Assembly (NCBI RefSeq): GCF_036365525.1
Contig: NC_090387.1
Span: 88,949,691-89,013,690 of the forward strand
Origin: Heterodontus francisci
Lineage: Eukaryota
DNA: 64,000 bases
Direction of reading: 5' to 3'
Part shown: positions 21,461-34,271 of the stretch, piece by piece
Numbering within the stretch: the stretch's first letter is position 1
Layout of the letters: each line of letters begins with the position of its first letter
The notes under the pieces: generated by a model
What the model was told of the DNA's origin: nothing
The model's database searches: none
Seen by the model: the letters and a program-made list of their open reading frames with translations, nothing else
Position numbers and translations under genes: made by a program

Positions 21461-24400
21461 TCATAGTCATAGAGTTATACAGCACAGAAACAGGCCCTTC
21501 GGCCCATCGTGCCCTTGCCGGCCATCAAGCACCTAGCTATCCCAATCCCATTTTCCAGCACGTGGTCTGTAGCCTTATATGCTCTGGCGTTTCAAGTGCT
21601 CATCTAAATACTTATTAAATGTTGTGCGGGTTCCTGCCTCTACCACCCTTTCAAAGACTGTGTTCCAGATTCCAACCACCCTCTGGGTGAAAAAATTGAT
21701 TCCACAAATCCCCTCTAAACCTCCTGCCCCCTTACCTTAAATCTATGCCCCCTGGTTATTGACACCTCTGCTAAGGGAATACGTTTCTTCCTATCTGCTC
21801 TATCTATGCCCCTCGTAATTTTCTATACCTCAATCAGGTCCCACCACAACCTTCTCTGCTCTAAGAAAACAACTCTAGCCGATCCAGTCTCTCTTCATAG
21901 CTGAAACGCTCCAGCCTCGGCAGCATCCTGGTGAATCTCAACTACACCCTCTCCAATGCAATCACATCTTCCTATAGTGTGGCGACCAGAACTGTACACA
22001 GTATTCCAGCTGTGGCCTAACTAGCATTTTATACAGCTCCATCATAATCTCCCTGCTCTTACATTCTACGTCTCAGCTAATAAAGGCAAGTATCCCATAT
22101 GCTTCTTAACCACCTTATCTACCTATGATCCTGCCTTCAGTGATCTATAGACAAGTACACCAACGTCCCTCTGATCCTCTGTACCTCCGAGGGTCCTACC
22201 ATATAGTCCTTTGCCTTGTTAGTCCTCCTCAAATGCATCACCTCACACTTCTCAGAATTAAATTCCATTTGCCACTACTCCACCCATCTTCCTAGCCCAT
22301 CCATATCGTCCTGTAGTCTAAGGTTTTCCTCCTCACTATTTGTGACACCACAAATTTTCGTGTCATCTGCGAACTTACTGTTCCTACTTCTTACATTCAC
22401 GTCTAAATCATTAAGGTACACTACAAACAGCAAGGGTCCCAGCACTGATCCCTGTGGTACACCACTGGTAACAAGCTTCCAACCACAAAAACAACCCTCG
22501 ACGATCAGCCTTTGCCTCCTGCCACTAAGACAATTTTGGAGCCAACTTGCCAAATTCCCCTTGATTCCATGGGCATTTACCTTCTTACTCAATCTTCCAT
22601 GTGGGAACTTATCAAAAGCCCTACTGACGTCCATGTAGACAACATCTGCTGCTTTCCCCCATCTGCACACCTAGTCACTTCCTCAAAAAATTCAATCAAA
22701 TTTGTCAGACATGATCTCCATGCTGACTATCTGCAGATAGTCAAGTGGGGATTAATCCTGTCCTTCAGAAGTTTTCCAATAGGTTCCCTACCACTGATGT
22801 TAAACTCACTGTCCTGCAATTACCTGACTTATTCCAACTACGGTTTTTGCCTCACAAAGCAGCCTGGGATACATCTCATCTGGGCCTGGGGATTTATTCA
22901 CTTTTAAGCCCACTAAAACCGCTAATACCTCCTCCCTTTCAATATAAATTTGTTCAAGTATATCACAATCTCCCTCCCTGATCACTACATCTACAGCGCC
23001 CTTCTCCATAGTCTTCTTCTTTGGCCTCCTTATCTCGAGACACAATGGGGAAGCGCCTGGAGGTGGTCAGTGGTGTGTTGCGCAGCGTCTGGAGTGGCTG
23101 TAAAGGCCAATTCTAGAGTGACAGGCTCTTCCACAGGTGCTGCAGAAAAATTTGTTTGTCGGGGCTATTACACATTTGGCTCTCCCCTTGCGCTTTTGTC
23201 TTTTTTCCTGCCAACTGCTAAGTCTCTTCGACTCGCCACACTTTAGCCCCACCTTTATGGCTGCCCGCCAGTTCTGGCGAACACTGGCAACTGACTCCCA
23301 CGACTTGTGATCAATGTCACAGGACTTCATGTCGCGTTTACAGACATCTTTAAAGCTGAGACATGGTCGGCCGGTGGGTCTGATACCAGTGACGAGCTCG
23401 CTGTACAATGTGTCTTTGGGGATCCTGCCATCTTCCGTGCGGCTCACATGGCCAAGCCATCTCAAGCGCCGCTGACTCAGTAGTGTGTATAAGCTGGGGG
23501 TGTTGGGCGCCTCGAGGACTTCTGTGTTGGAGATATATTTTCCCACATTCTCTTGGCCAGTCTGGTCATAGCAGTGGAAGCCTTTCCCATGCGCTTGTTG
23601 ATTTCTGCATCTAGAGACAGGTTACTGGTGATAGTTGAGTCTAGGTAGGTGAACTCCTGAACCACTTCCAGAGCGTGGTCGCCAATATTGATGGATGGAG
23701 CATTTCTGACGTCCTGTCCCATGATGTTCATTTTCGTGAGGCTGATGGTTAGGCCAAATTCGTTGCAGGCAGCCGCAAACCTGTCGATGAGACTTTGCAG
23801 ACACTCTTCAGTGTGAGATGTTAAAGCAGCATCGTCAGCAAAGAGGAGTTCCCTGATGAGGACTTTCCGTACTTTGGACTTCGCTCTTAGACGGGCAAGG
23901 TTGAACAACCTGCCCCCTGATCTTGTATGGAGGAAATTTCCATCTTATGAAGACTTGAATGCATGTGAGAGCAGCAGGGAGAAGAAAATCCCAAAAAGTG
24001 TGGGTGCCAGAACTCAGCCCTGTTTCACACCACACAGGATGGGAAAGGGGTCTGATGAGGCGCCACTATGTTGAATTGTGCCTTTCATATTGTCATGGAA
24101 TGAGGTGATGATACTTAGTAGCTTTGGTGGACATCCAATCTTATCTAGTAGTCTGAAGAGACCACGTCTGCTGACGAGGTCAAAGGCTTTGGTAGATCAA
24201 TGAAAGCAATGTAGAGGGGCATCTGTTGTTCGCGGCATTTCTCCTGTACCTGATGAAGGGAGAACAGCATGTCAATGGTCGATCTCTCTGCATGAAAGCC
24301 ACACTGTGCCTCAGGGTAGACGCGCTCGGCCAGCTTCTGGAGCCTGTTTAAAGCCACTCAAGCAAAGACATTCCCCACTATGCTGAGCAGGGAGATTCCA

Positions 24401-25810
24401 CGTAGTTGTTGCAGTCACCGCAGTCACCTTTGTTTTTATAGAGGGTGATGATATTGGCATCGCGCATGTCCTGAGGTACTGCTCCCTCGTCCTAGCACAG
24501 GCAAAGCAGTTCATGTAGTGCTGAGAGTATAGCAGGCTTGGCACTCTTGATTATTTCAGGGGTAATGCTGTCCTTCCCAGGGGCTTTTCCGCTGGCTGGA
24601 GAATCAATGGCATTACTGAGTTCCGATTTTGTTGGCTGTAGGTCCAGCTCATCCATGACTGGTAGAGGCTGGGCTGCATTGCGGGCAGTCTCAGTGACAA
24701 CATTTTCCCTGGAGTACAGTTCTAGGTAGTGCTCAACTCAGCGGTCCATTTGCTTGCATTGGTCAGTGATTATGTCCCCTGATTTAGATTTGAGGGGGGG
24801 CTATCTTCTTGATGGTTGGCCCAAAAGCTCTCTTAATGCCATCATACATTCCTCTGATGTTTCCAGTGTCGGAGGTCAGCTGAATATGACTGCATAGGTG
24901 TTGCCAGTAGTCATTTGCGCAGCGCCTGGCTGTTCTTTGTGCAGCGCTTCTGCCTGCTTTAAGTGCTACGGATGTTAACTCACTGGAGGCTTTCTTGTAG
25001 TTCAACAGTGCAATGTGCTTAGCGGCTATGACAGGTTCCAGCTCTTCAATATGAGATTGAAACCAGTCTGCATTCCTCTTCACACGTTTGCCGTAAGTGG
25101 TCAAAGCTGACTCATAGATTGCTTCTCTGATGTGGGCCCACTTGGTCTCAGCATCCCCTGTGGAAGTGTTTTGAAGGGCTGTTAGAAGTGAATTTAAAAA
25201 TTTTCGGTGTCCTTCTCCATAGTGTACAAATTAAAAGTAATCATTCCAAACCTCGCCTACGTCCTCCGGCTCCACACACAGATTGACATTGTTCCCTGGT
25301 TATCCTCTTACCCTTAATATACTAATAAAATTCCTTGTGGTTTTCTTATATCTTGCGCACCAGAGTTTTTTCATGCCACCTCTTCGCTCTCGTAATCACT
25401 TTTTTAAGTACCAACCACCTTTCACAGCACCACCCCACCCACCCCTACTTTCTATTGTCGCCTCGGGCCTCCGCCGATTTCAGCGCTCTGAATCTGCCAT
25501 AAGCCTCCTTTTTTACCATATCCAATCCTCGATATCCCTTGACATCCAGAGTTCCCTGAACTTGGTGGTCCTACCCTTCACCTTTACGGGAACAGGTTGG
25601 CCCTGAACTCTCACTATTTCCTTTTTCGATGACTCCCACTGGTCTGATGCAGACGTTCCTACAAGTAGCTCTTCCCAGTACATTTTGGTCAGATCCTGTT
25701 TTATCATATTGAAATCGGCCTTCCCCCAATTCAGTACCTTTATTTCTGGTCCATCTTTGTCCTTTTCCATAACTACCTTAAATTTTGCAGAGTTATGGTC
25801 ACTATCCCCG
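21461..25810 (-). mobile_element. CR1/L3 LINE split by an RTE insertion (halves 21461-23012 and 25205-25810)
   Basis: ORFs 22275..22670 (GVPQGSVLGP, KFADD), 22806..23045 (KSPGPDEMYPRLL) and 25513..25770 (KVLNWGKADFN..., upstream ORF2 region). Confidence 0.9.
23013..25204 (-). mobile_element. RTE-clade (BovB-like) LINE, 5'-truncated, with TSD
   Basis: ORFs with ELLFADDAAL, PEAQCGF..RSTIDM and RRLRWLGHVSR. TSD ccttctccatagt at 23000-23012 and 25211-25223 (extends to ~19 bp allowing CpG decay). Confidence 0.92.
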
Positions 25811-27454
25811 ATTTTGTATGCCCGCTGCCTTTAATCCAAAGGGATTCAATTTTCTAAGCAGGGCTATTATGTGTCAATTTATCAAACGACGATTGGAAGT
25901 TTATTTGCACATCAACGGCATCTACTCTCTTCCGCACTTTATCCAATAACTCAATCAAGTTTGCCAAATACGGTTTGTCTTTAACAAATCGATATTTGCC
26001 TTCATTTATTAACCTGACTAATTTTGCCCCGGTTTAGTTTAGTTTAGTTTAGTTTAGAGAGTTTACTGCATCCAAAACTTTCCCCACCATGGATGCTAAG
26101 TTGATTGGCCTGAGACTGCGGCACTACCATTTTGAACAGGGTGTAACATTTACAATTGTCCAGATCTCTGGAATCACACCCTATCTAAGATGGATTGGAA
26201 GATTGCGGCCATCCTACTTCCCGCAGCATTATCGAATGCATCTCCTCCATTCGGTGTGCTTTATCTATTTTGAGTGCAGCCAATGTTTTAACTACCGCCT
26301 GGTTAGCTGTTTAAATGCTATCCACCTCGTACAGTACTGTGACATCGGTAGTACGCTGATATTTAGTGGAGAGATGCTAACCTTGCCCCATCCCTCTCCA
26401 AGATAATATCTCATTTTTGCTCCCTAATCGGCCCCACCCTTACCCTGATAACAAGTTTACTAACTATATGTTCATAAATGTTGTAAGTTACGGGTTATTC
26501 GATTACCGTATACTCTGCTTTCTTGTAGAACTTTGTTTTTCTTTCAGTTCAACCCTGTTGTATTCAATTCTGTTCACTGCTGAATTACCAACACGACATT
26601 TATAAATAGTTCTGCTGAAAAATCATCCAGTGAAACGTTAACTCTGTTTCTGCCTCTGCAAATATTCCATGACCTGCTGAGTATTTTCAGTATTTTCTGT
26701 TTTTATTTATTATTAGCTTCATTTATCTCTTTTGCTTTAACCTTTTGTTGTGAATTTTGGTTTTGGATGCCCCTCCTTTCATCACCGTTTTGTTAACATG
26801 TCAATTTTTGATCCGAATCCAGATGGCTCAGAACGTTGAATCATAGAATAGTATAGAAGGACAACATTCCTGCCTTGACGAATGCATAGGCTCTTTTGAA
26901 GAACAACCCACTCCGTTGCACTACCCTGCTCTTGCTCCATATCCTTACAAGCTTTTCCCCTCAAATATGTATTTAATAGCTTTGTGACGGCTCCTATTGA
27001 ATCTATATCCATCAAGATATCATGCATTACGTTCGAAATCCTAACCAGTCGTTGTGTAAACGTTCGCCTCAGTGACAACCAGCTCAAAGGTGAAGTTCTG
27101 TCTCTTATTATTCCTTCTTATATCTATGACCTCCATCAAACATCATCATCCAATCCTGCCAACATTTTGCTAATGATTCAAGTCATTTGCTATTTATTCG
27201 AGTTAATATTTATCAACTCCTTCCGTTTTTACACTGTCTGTACACATAACCTTTCCTCTCAGCGAAATAATGGAATCGCGGCATCTTTCCTCCTCCATAC
27301 TCTTTGACAAGCTGATGAAAATATGGAGGTAGATGTTATACCTTATCATTAGGCTTAATCTGGAAGTGTGAACTGACAGATCATTATAAATATCCATTCG
27401 ATTTCTATTACAAATAAACTTATAAAATGAAAATCATGCATACTTTATTATTAT

Positions 27455-29845
27455 AGGATCATAGAAATTAGAAGCAGAAGTAGAACATTCGGCCTATCCA
27501 GCCTACTCCGCCATTCATGGCTGATCATCTACCTCAATGTCATTTTTCCCTACTGTCCCCATATCCCTTCATGTCGTTAATATTCAGAAATCTATCGATT
27601 CCTGTCTTGCACATGCTCAATGATTGAGTATCCACAGCCCTCTTGCGTAGAGAATTCCATTGATTCACCACCCACTGTGTCAAGAAATTCCTCCTCATCT
27701 CAGACTTAAATGGCCTGCCCCTTATTTTGAGACTGTGTCTCCTGGTTCTAGAATCATCAGCCAGAGAACGCAATCTGTCCACATTTACCCTGTCACACCC
27801 TGTAAGTATATTCTAAGTTTCAATGAGATCATCTATCATTCTTCAAAACTCTAGAGAATACAGGCCCCGCTTCTGCTATCACACAAGAGAATCCCGCCAT
27901 CCCAGGGATTGGTCTGGTGAACGTCCACTGCACTCCCTCTATGTCAAGTATATCCTTCCTTAGATAAGGAGACCAAAACTGTACACAATACTCCAGCTGC
28001 GGTCTCACCAATGCATTATACAATTGCAGCAAGACATATTTACTCCTGTATTCAAATCCCCTTGTAATGAAGGCCAACATACAATTTGTCTTCCTAATTG
28101 CTTTCTGCACCTGCATACTAGCTTTCAGTGACTCATGAACAAGGACACTCAGGTCGCTTTGGACATCAACACTTTCCAAGCTCTCACCATTTGTGAAATA
28201 CACTGTCTTTCTGTTTTCTGCCAAAGTGGCTCACCTCACACTTACTCACATTATATTCTATCTGCAATGCTCTTGCCCATCCACATAACCTGTCCAAATC
28301 CCCCTGAAGCCTCCTTGCATCCTCCTCACGACTTACATTCCCACCTAGTTTTTTGTCATCAGCAAATTTGGAAATATTACATTTGGTTTCAAAACACCCA
28401 AACTATTTATATCGATTCTGAACAGCTGTGAACCAAGCACTGATCCTTGCGGTTTCCCACTAGGAGCAGCCTGCCATCCTGAGAATGCTTTCTGTCCGTT
28501 AACCAATTTTCAATCCAAGGCAGTATATTACCCCCAATCCCATGTGCTCCAATTTTGATAACTAACCTGCTTTGTGGGACGTTATCAGAAGCCTTCTGAA
28601 AATCCAAATACACCACATCCACAGGTTCTTCTTTATCTATGCTGCAAGTAACATCCTCAAAAACTGCAACAGGTTTGTCGAACGTGAATTCCCTTTCATA
28701 AATCCATGTTGACTCTGCCAAATCATATCATTATTTTGCCAGTGCCCAGTTATCTCATCCTTTATAACAGATTCTAACATTTTCCCTACTACTGACGTTA
28801 AACTAACAGGTCTGTAGTTCTCCGTTTCCTTCCTCACTCCCTCCTTAAATAGTGGGGTTGCATTTGCTACTTTCCAGTCTGTAGGAACCCTTCTAGAATC
28901 TATATAATTTTGAAAGTTAACCACCAATGCATCCACTATCTCTATAGCCACCTTCTTCAATACGCTGTGATCTAGCTCATCTAGTCCCGGGTATTTATCA
29001 ACTTTCACTCCAATTATTTGTTTTCTAGTACTACCTCTTTATCAATACGAATTTCTTCCAGTTTCTCATTTTTACAAGTCCCTTGGTCCCCTAGTATTTC
29101 TGAGAGATTTTCTGTGTCTTCCTCCATGAAGACAAACGTAAATTAATTGTTTAGTGTCGCCGCCATTTCTGCATTCTCCACCACATCTCTCCTGTCTCCA
29201 CCTGCAATGGACACGCATGCGTCTTGCTAATCTTTTCCTTTCCACATACCTAAAGAAGCTTTTACAGTCTGTCTTTATGCTTCTAGCTAACTTGCATTCA
29301 TAATCCGTTTTCCCTTTCTTTATTAGTTTCTTGTTGGATTCTGAATTGCTTTCATTTCTCCGGCTTACCACATTTTCTGGTGACCATATAAGTCACTTCC
29401 TTTGATCTAATGCAGTATTTAACTTCGTCTGTTAGCCGCGGCTGATTCACCTTTCCTGTTGACTTTTTGTGCATTAGACGAATGTATATTGGTTGTAAAC
29501 GGTGTAATACATCTTTAAATACTATCCACTGCCTGTCTATCGGCAAATATTATCATGTATTTTCCAAATCCACCATAGCCAACTTGCCCCTCTAACTTCA
29601 TAGTTTCATTTGTTCAGATTTAATACCCTAGTTTCAGAATGAAATGTATCTCTTTCAAACTTGATGTAAAAGTCTGTCATATTGTGGTCACTATTTGCTA
29701 ATGGCTCCTTTACAGCAAGATTATTAACTAGCCCTTTCTCATTACATAATGCTAAATCTAAAATAGCCCGATTCCCAGTTGGTTCTTCATCATACAGCTC
29801 CAGAAACCCATCTCATACACACCCCAGGAATTCATCCGCCAAAAC
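27455..29845 (-). mobile_element. CR1/L3 LINE (decayed)
   Basis: ORFs 27829..28224 (LVRPQLEYCVQFWSPYLRKD), 28637..29008 (NYRPVSLTSVVGK) and 29072..29371. Confidence 0.9.
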
Positions 29846-29847
29846 AT

Positions 29848-30375
29848 TGGCCCGGATTTCACGTTGGGTGGACCAGAACCAGATACCGAATGAAAAGTCG
29901 GTGGCGAACCACCTTGCCTGAGGATCCGACCCACATTTTATGGGTCCCGGGGCTTTAATTGTGCCGAGGCAGGACGTCCACCTGCTTGAGGGAGGACGTC
30001 CCATCTCGTTGAGCTGCCGATCCAGTGGTCATTGCCCGGGAATACAGGTCGATTTTGGTTGCCATGCCGAGGGTAATGGGTCTGCCCCCGGCGAGGCAAG
30101 TGTGGTAAGTTGCGCGGAAAGGGGTATTTTGGGTGCTGGGCGTGGTTGAGGTAGCGGGGCTGGCCCTCCATCGGGCACCCTATGCCCGATGAGTTAAGTG
30201 GCCACTTAAGGGCCTTGATTGGCCTGGGGCTGGTGGGCCGTTTTTCTCTCCCACCCTACCTAAAAGGGGACAGAGGTGGGACCGTGTCCGAAAAGCCTTC
30301 CAGAGCCTCCCGCTCCATTTTACGCCAACCACACCCTTCTCACCGCACCGCCACCCCCACCCAGCATCTGGCTCG
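29848..30375. mobile_element. GC-rich non-autonomous DNA transposon remnant (Harbinger/MITE-like)
   Basis: GC-rich non-coding block whose left end ggcccggattt resembles the reverse complement of the Harbinger terminus aaattctggccc at 52985-52996. The right end is degraded. Confidence 0.4.
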
Positions 30376-30481
30376 TTACAGCTAATTCATTGTTAACTGT
30401 CACTGACTTTAAGTTTTCAAGTAAGGTTTAAAGTAAGAAAACAAGAATAAATTTTAGTTTCATAACAACTCGCCAACTTTC

Positions 30482-33365
30482 GTTATTCATTCGAAGTGTG
30501 TGCATAATTGACAAGGCCAGCATTTATTTTCCATCACTACTTGCACTTGAGAAGTTGTTGCGCAGTTGCGTTCTTGAACTGTGCAGTGCATGTGGTGTGG
30601 GAACACCCAGAGTGTTGTTAGGAAGTAACTTCCATGATTTTGACCCAGCGACAATTAAAGGAATGGTGATAAGTTCCAACTCAGGATGGTGAGTGACCTG
30701 CAGGAAAACCTGCAGGGATTAGTGTTCCCATGTGTCATCTACCCTTCTTCTTGGAGGTGGTAGAAGTCACAGTTTTTGGAAGGTGTCGTCAAAGGGGAGT
30801 TGGCGAGTTCCTGAAATGCATCTTGTAGATGGTACACACTGCTGCCACTATCCACTGGTCATGGAGGTAGTGAATTTTGACTGTGGTAGATGGGGTGTTG
30901 ATCAAGTGGACTGCTTTATCCTGGATGGTGCTGAGTTTCTTGAGAGTTGTTGGAGCCGCACTCATCCAGAAGTGAAGAGTATTTATTCATACCTCTAATT
31001 TGTGGTTTGCAGATACAGGACTGGCTTTGGGAAGTCAGGAGGTAAGTTATTCTACTCGGAATCCCCAGTCTCTGACTTGCTCATGTAGCCACAATAATTA
31101 TATGGCTGATCCAGTTAGGCATCAGCTGAATGGTGACCCCCTAGGATTTTGATGATGGGGGAATCGGCGATGGCAATGCTGTTGAATATCAAGGAGAGAT
31201 GGTCAGATTGTTCTTTGGCAGAGATGATCATTGCCTGGCACTTCTGTGGCAGAATTATATTTCCAAATATCAGCCCAGGCCTAAATTTTTACATATATTT
31301 CTGTATGTGGACACAGACTGCTTCAGCATCTGAGGGGTTGTGAATGTTACGAAACACTGTGCAATTGTTAGCGGACATTTCCACTCCTGACCATATGTTG
31401 GACCGATGAAGTGGCTGAAGATATTTGAGCCTAGAACACTATTCTGAGGAACTCCTGCAGCGATGTCCTGGGGCTGAGATAATTGGCCGCCACCAACACA
31501 ACGATCTTCCTTTTCTCAAGATGCCAAAAACCAATGGAAATATTTCCTCCTGATTCCCACTGACGTCAATTTTGTTAACGCCTTTTGGTGCCAGATGAAG
31601 GCAAATGCTGCCTTGATCTCAAGGGCAGCCACTCTCACCTCAGCTCTGGATTCCAACTCTTTTGTTCAAGTTTCGACCAAGGCTGGAATGCGATCTGTAG
31701 CCGAGTAACCCGGGCAGAACCCAAACTGAGCATCAGTGAGCAGGTTCTTGCTGAGTGAGTCCGACTTGATAACACTGTCACTGACACCTTCCATCACTTT
31801 GCTGTCGACTGAGAGTCGATTGATGGGGCAGTAATTGGCCGAATTGGATTTGCCCTCCTTGTTGTGGACAAGACATAACTGCCCAATTTTCCATATTGTT
31901 GGGTAGATGCCAGTGCGGTAGCTGCACTGGAACAACTTGGCTAAGGGCGCGACTACTTCTGGAGTACAAGTCCTCAGTACTGCAGCGGCGTTGTTTTCAG
32001 AGCACATAGCCTTTAATGCATCCAGCAACTTCAGCCATTTATTGATATCACGTGGTGTTAAGTGAATTGGCTGAAAGCGGGCATCTGTGACGTTGGATAC
32101 CAATGTGGATCCTCCACTTGGCACTTCCAATTGAAGATTAGATTAGATTAGATTAGAGATACAGCACTGAAACAGGCCCTTCGGCCCACCGAGTCTGTGC
32201 CGAACATCAACCACCCATTTATACTAATCCTACACTAATCCCATATTCCTACCAAACATCCCCACCTGTCCCTATATTTCCCTACCACCTACCTATGATT
32301 GCAAATGCTTCAACCTTGTCATTTGCACTGACGTGCTACCATTGACGACAGGGATTGATGTGGTGCCTCCTTCTCTTGTTAGGTGTTTAATGGCCACCAC
32401 CATCCACAGCTGGATGCAAAAGGACTGCAGAGCTTTGACCTGATCTGTGATTGTTGGATCACTTTGCTCTGTCAATAGCATCTGCATCTACTGTTAAGCA
32501 TGCAGGTAGTCCTGTGTTGTAGCTTCAAAAGGTTGCATCTGATTTTAGATATGCCTGGTGTTGCTCTGGCATGATCTCCTACACTTCCTATTGAACCAGG
32601 GCTAGTCCCCTGGCTGGATGATAATGGTCGATTGAGGGATATGCCAAGCCATGAGGTTATAGATTGTGATTGAATACAATTCCACTGTTTCTGAAGGCCT
32701 GCAGTGCCATGAGTCAATGTTGAGGGCTCCCACAGGGCCACTCCCTCCCGAGTGTACACCACTATGCCACCACTCTGGTAGGTCTGTCCTGACGATGGAA
32801 CAGGACATAACCAGGGATGGTGACGAAGGAGTTTGGGACATTAGCCGTAAGGTATGATTCAGGCAGTATAACTGTGGCAGGTGGTTGCCTTATTAGTCTG
32901 GGAAAACTCTCGTAGTTTTTGCACAAGTCCCCAGAAGTTAATGAGGAGAAATTTGTAAGGTCGACGCGGCAGGTTGTGAAATGGTCATTTCGGGTCTCGA
33001 GATCGTTGCCGGGTGATCTCTCGGTTTTGTTCTTATTTAACTTTTCTGCAGTGGTTTGATACAACTGAGAGGCTTGTTAATCATTTCAGAGGGCAGTGAA
33101 GAGTCAATCACTTTGTTTTGAGTCTGGATTCACACGGAGACCAGACTGGGTCTCGACGCCAGATTTCCGTTCCTGAACGGCATTAATGGACTAGATGAAT
33201 TTGCAACAATCCTGTAATTGCACGACTAATTTTTTTTAAATCCCAGATTTATTAATTTATTGAATTTAAATTTATCCAGCTGCCGTGACGTGGTTTGAAC
33301 TCATGTCCCCAGACCATTAGCTGAGACTTCTATATTGCTTCAGTACTGCTATGCTACCGTCTCCC
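30482..33365 (-). mobile_element. 5'-complete copy of the tRNA-headed CR1-group LINE (internally deleted, decayed)
   Basis: 3' tail at ~30482-30560, RT region (ORF 31666..32130), APE N-terminus (ORF 32762..33064 VILPESYLT..IPGYVLFHRQDR), and head GGGAGACGGTAGCATAG...GAGTTCAAACC ending at 33365. Confidence 0.85.
32136..32296 (-). mobile_element. HE1-like V-SINE 3' fragment inserted in the LINE
   Basis: Reverse complement of the SINE tail at 20195-20335, with a (TCTAA)n end. Confidence 0.85.
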
Positions 33366-33887
33366 TACTACTGAACCAATACTTCGCCTTGAATTCCCCT
33401 TTCGATTCAATTTATATAAAATTGATATAAGATAATTAATCAACAGGATAACGTTTTTACAGTGGGACTTACATTTTACCTGTGCTCTGCATCAGATAAA
33501 AATTTTAACATATTCATGTTTAGACTGGCATCGAAAAAACGGGACTGTCTTCTGAACAGTCAGACTGTGCTGCCAGCTAAGAAGGGTAAAAGCGAGAGCG
33601 CGCATTGTCGGGGCCAACCGAGCGGAATGTCTACCTACCAGATTTAAAGGCCATTTCCGCTTAATTAACTCCAATTTCAACTAGTTACAATCAGCCCCAA
33701 TAAAGGGAAAAAAAACTTCCAATCTTTGCAAGCATGCCAGTTCGATGTGTCAAGTGCAGGTTCACCAAACCGACAATTAAAACTGTCTCATCAGATAAGA
33801 AAGCATTACTGCCCATTATAGGCTACTTGATTTAGAAATATGCTGACTGGTAAAGATAGAATATAACACTATATCTGAACATCACAG

Positions 33888-34055
33888 ATTCCCCAAATGG
33901 AAACCGAAGAAAGACTGACCTACTGTGCTCTAGATTTCGTCGGTCAGAAGAAAGTTCCCGGACCTACGCGGCACGAAGAGACCTCAGTGTATGCCCACGT
34001 GCAGTTCAAGAAACAGAACAGCATGCTCGGAACTCAAGGCCATGTAAGAAAATAA
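33888..34055 (+). CDS. Terminal cytoplasmic exon with ITIMs LTYCAL and SVYAHV, ending in stop TAA
   Basis: Acceptor atcacag|ATT (phase 0, matching the previous donor). Translation IPQMETEERLTYCALDFVGQKKVPGPTRHEETSVYAHVQFKKQNSMLGTQGHVRK*; TAA at 34053-34055. Not in the ORF track. Confidence 0.85.
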   Translation: MPQMETEERLTYCALDFVGQKKVPGPTRHEETSVYAHVQFKKQNSMLGTQGHVRK

Positions 34056-34265
34056 AGGCGTCAACAGAATCTTCTCTTGATTAAGTCACTGTTCATCGAG
34101 AGCTTCGTTCTCGGGCGATGAAGAAATATTAATCTATTGCATTTTTTCTGCTTCGGTGCTTCACAAAAATGTTTTCCCAATGTAAAAGATATTTGTAAAT
34201 ACCCACGATGTCAGTATAAGTTGATGTAGCATGTCCACACCAGACCGTCTGCTGTCGAATCTGGA

Positions 34266-34271
34266 AATAAA
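34266..34271 (+). terminator. Candidate polyadenylation signal AATAAA for the receptor gene (alternative at 34469-34474)
   Basis: AATAAA hexamers about 210 and 415 nt after the stop codon in AT-rich unique sequence. Confidence 0.4.
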
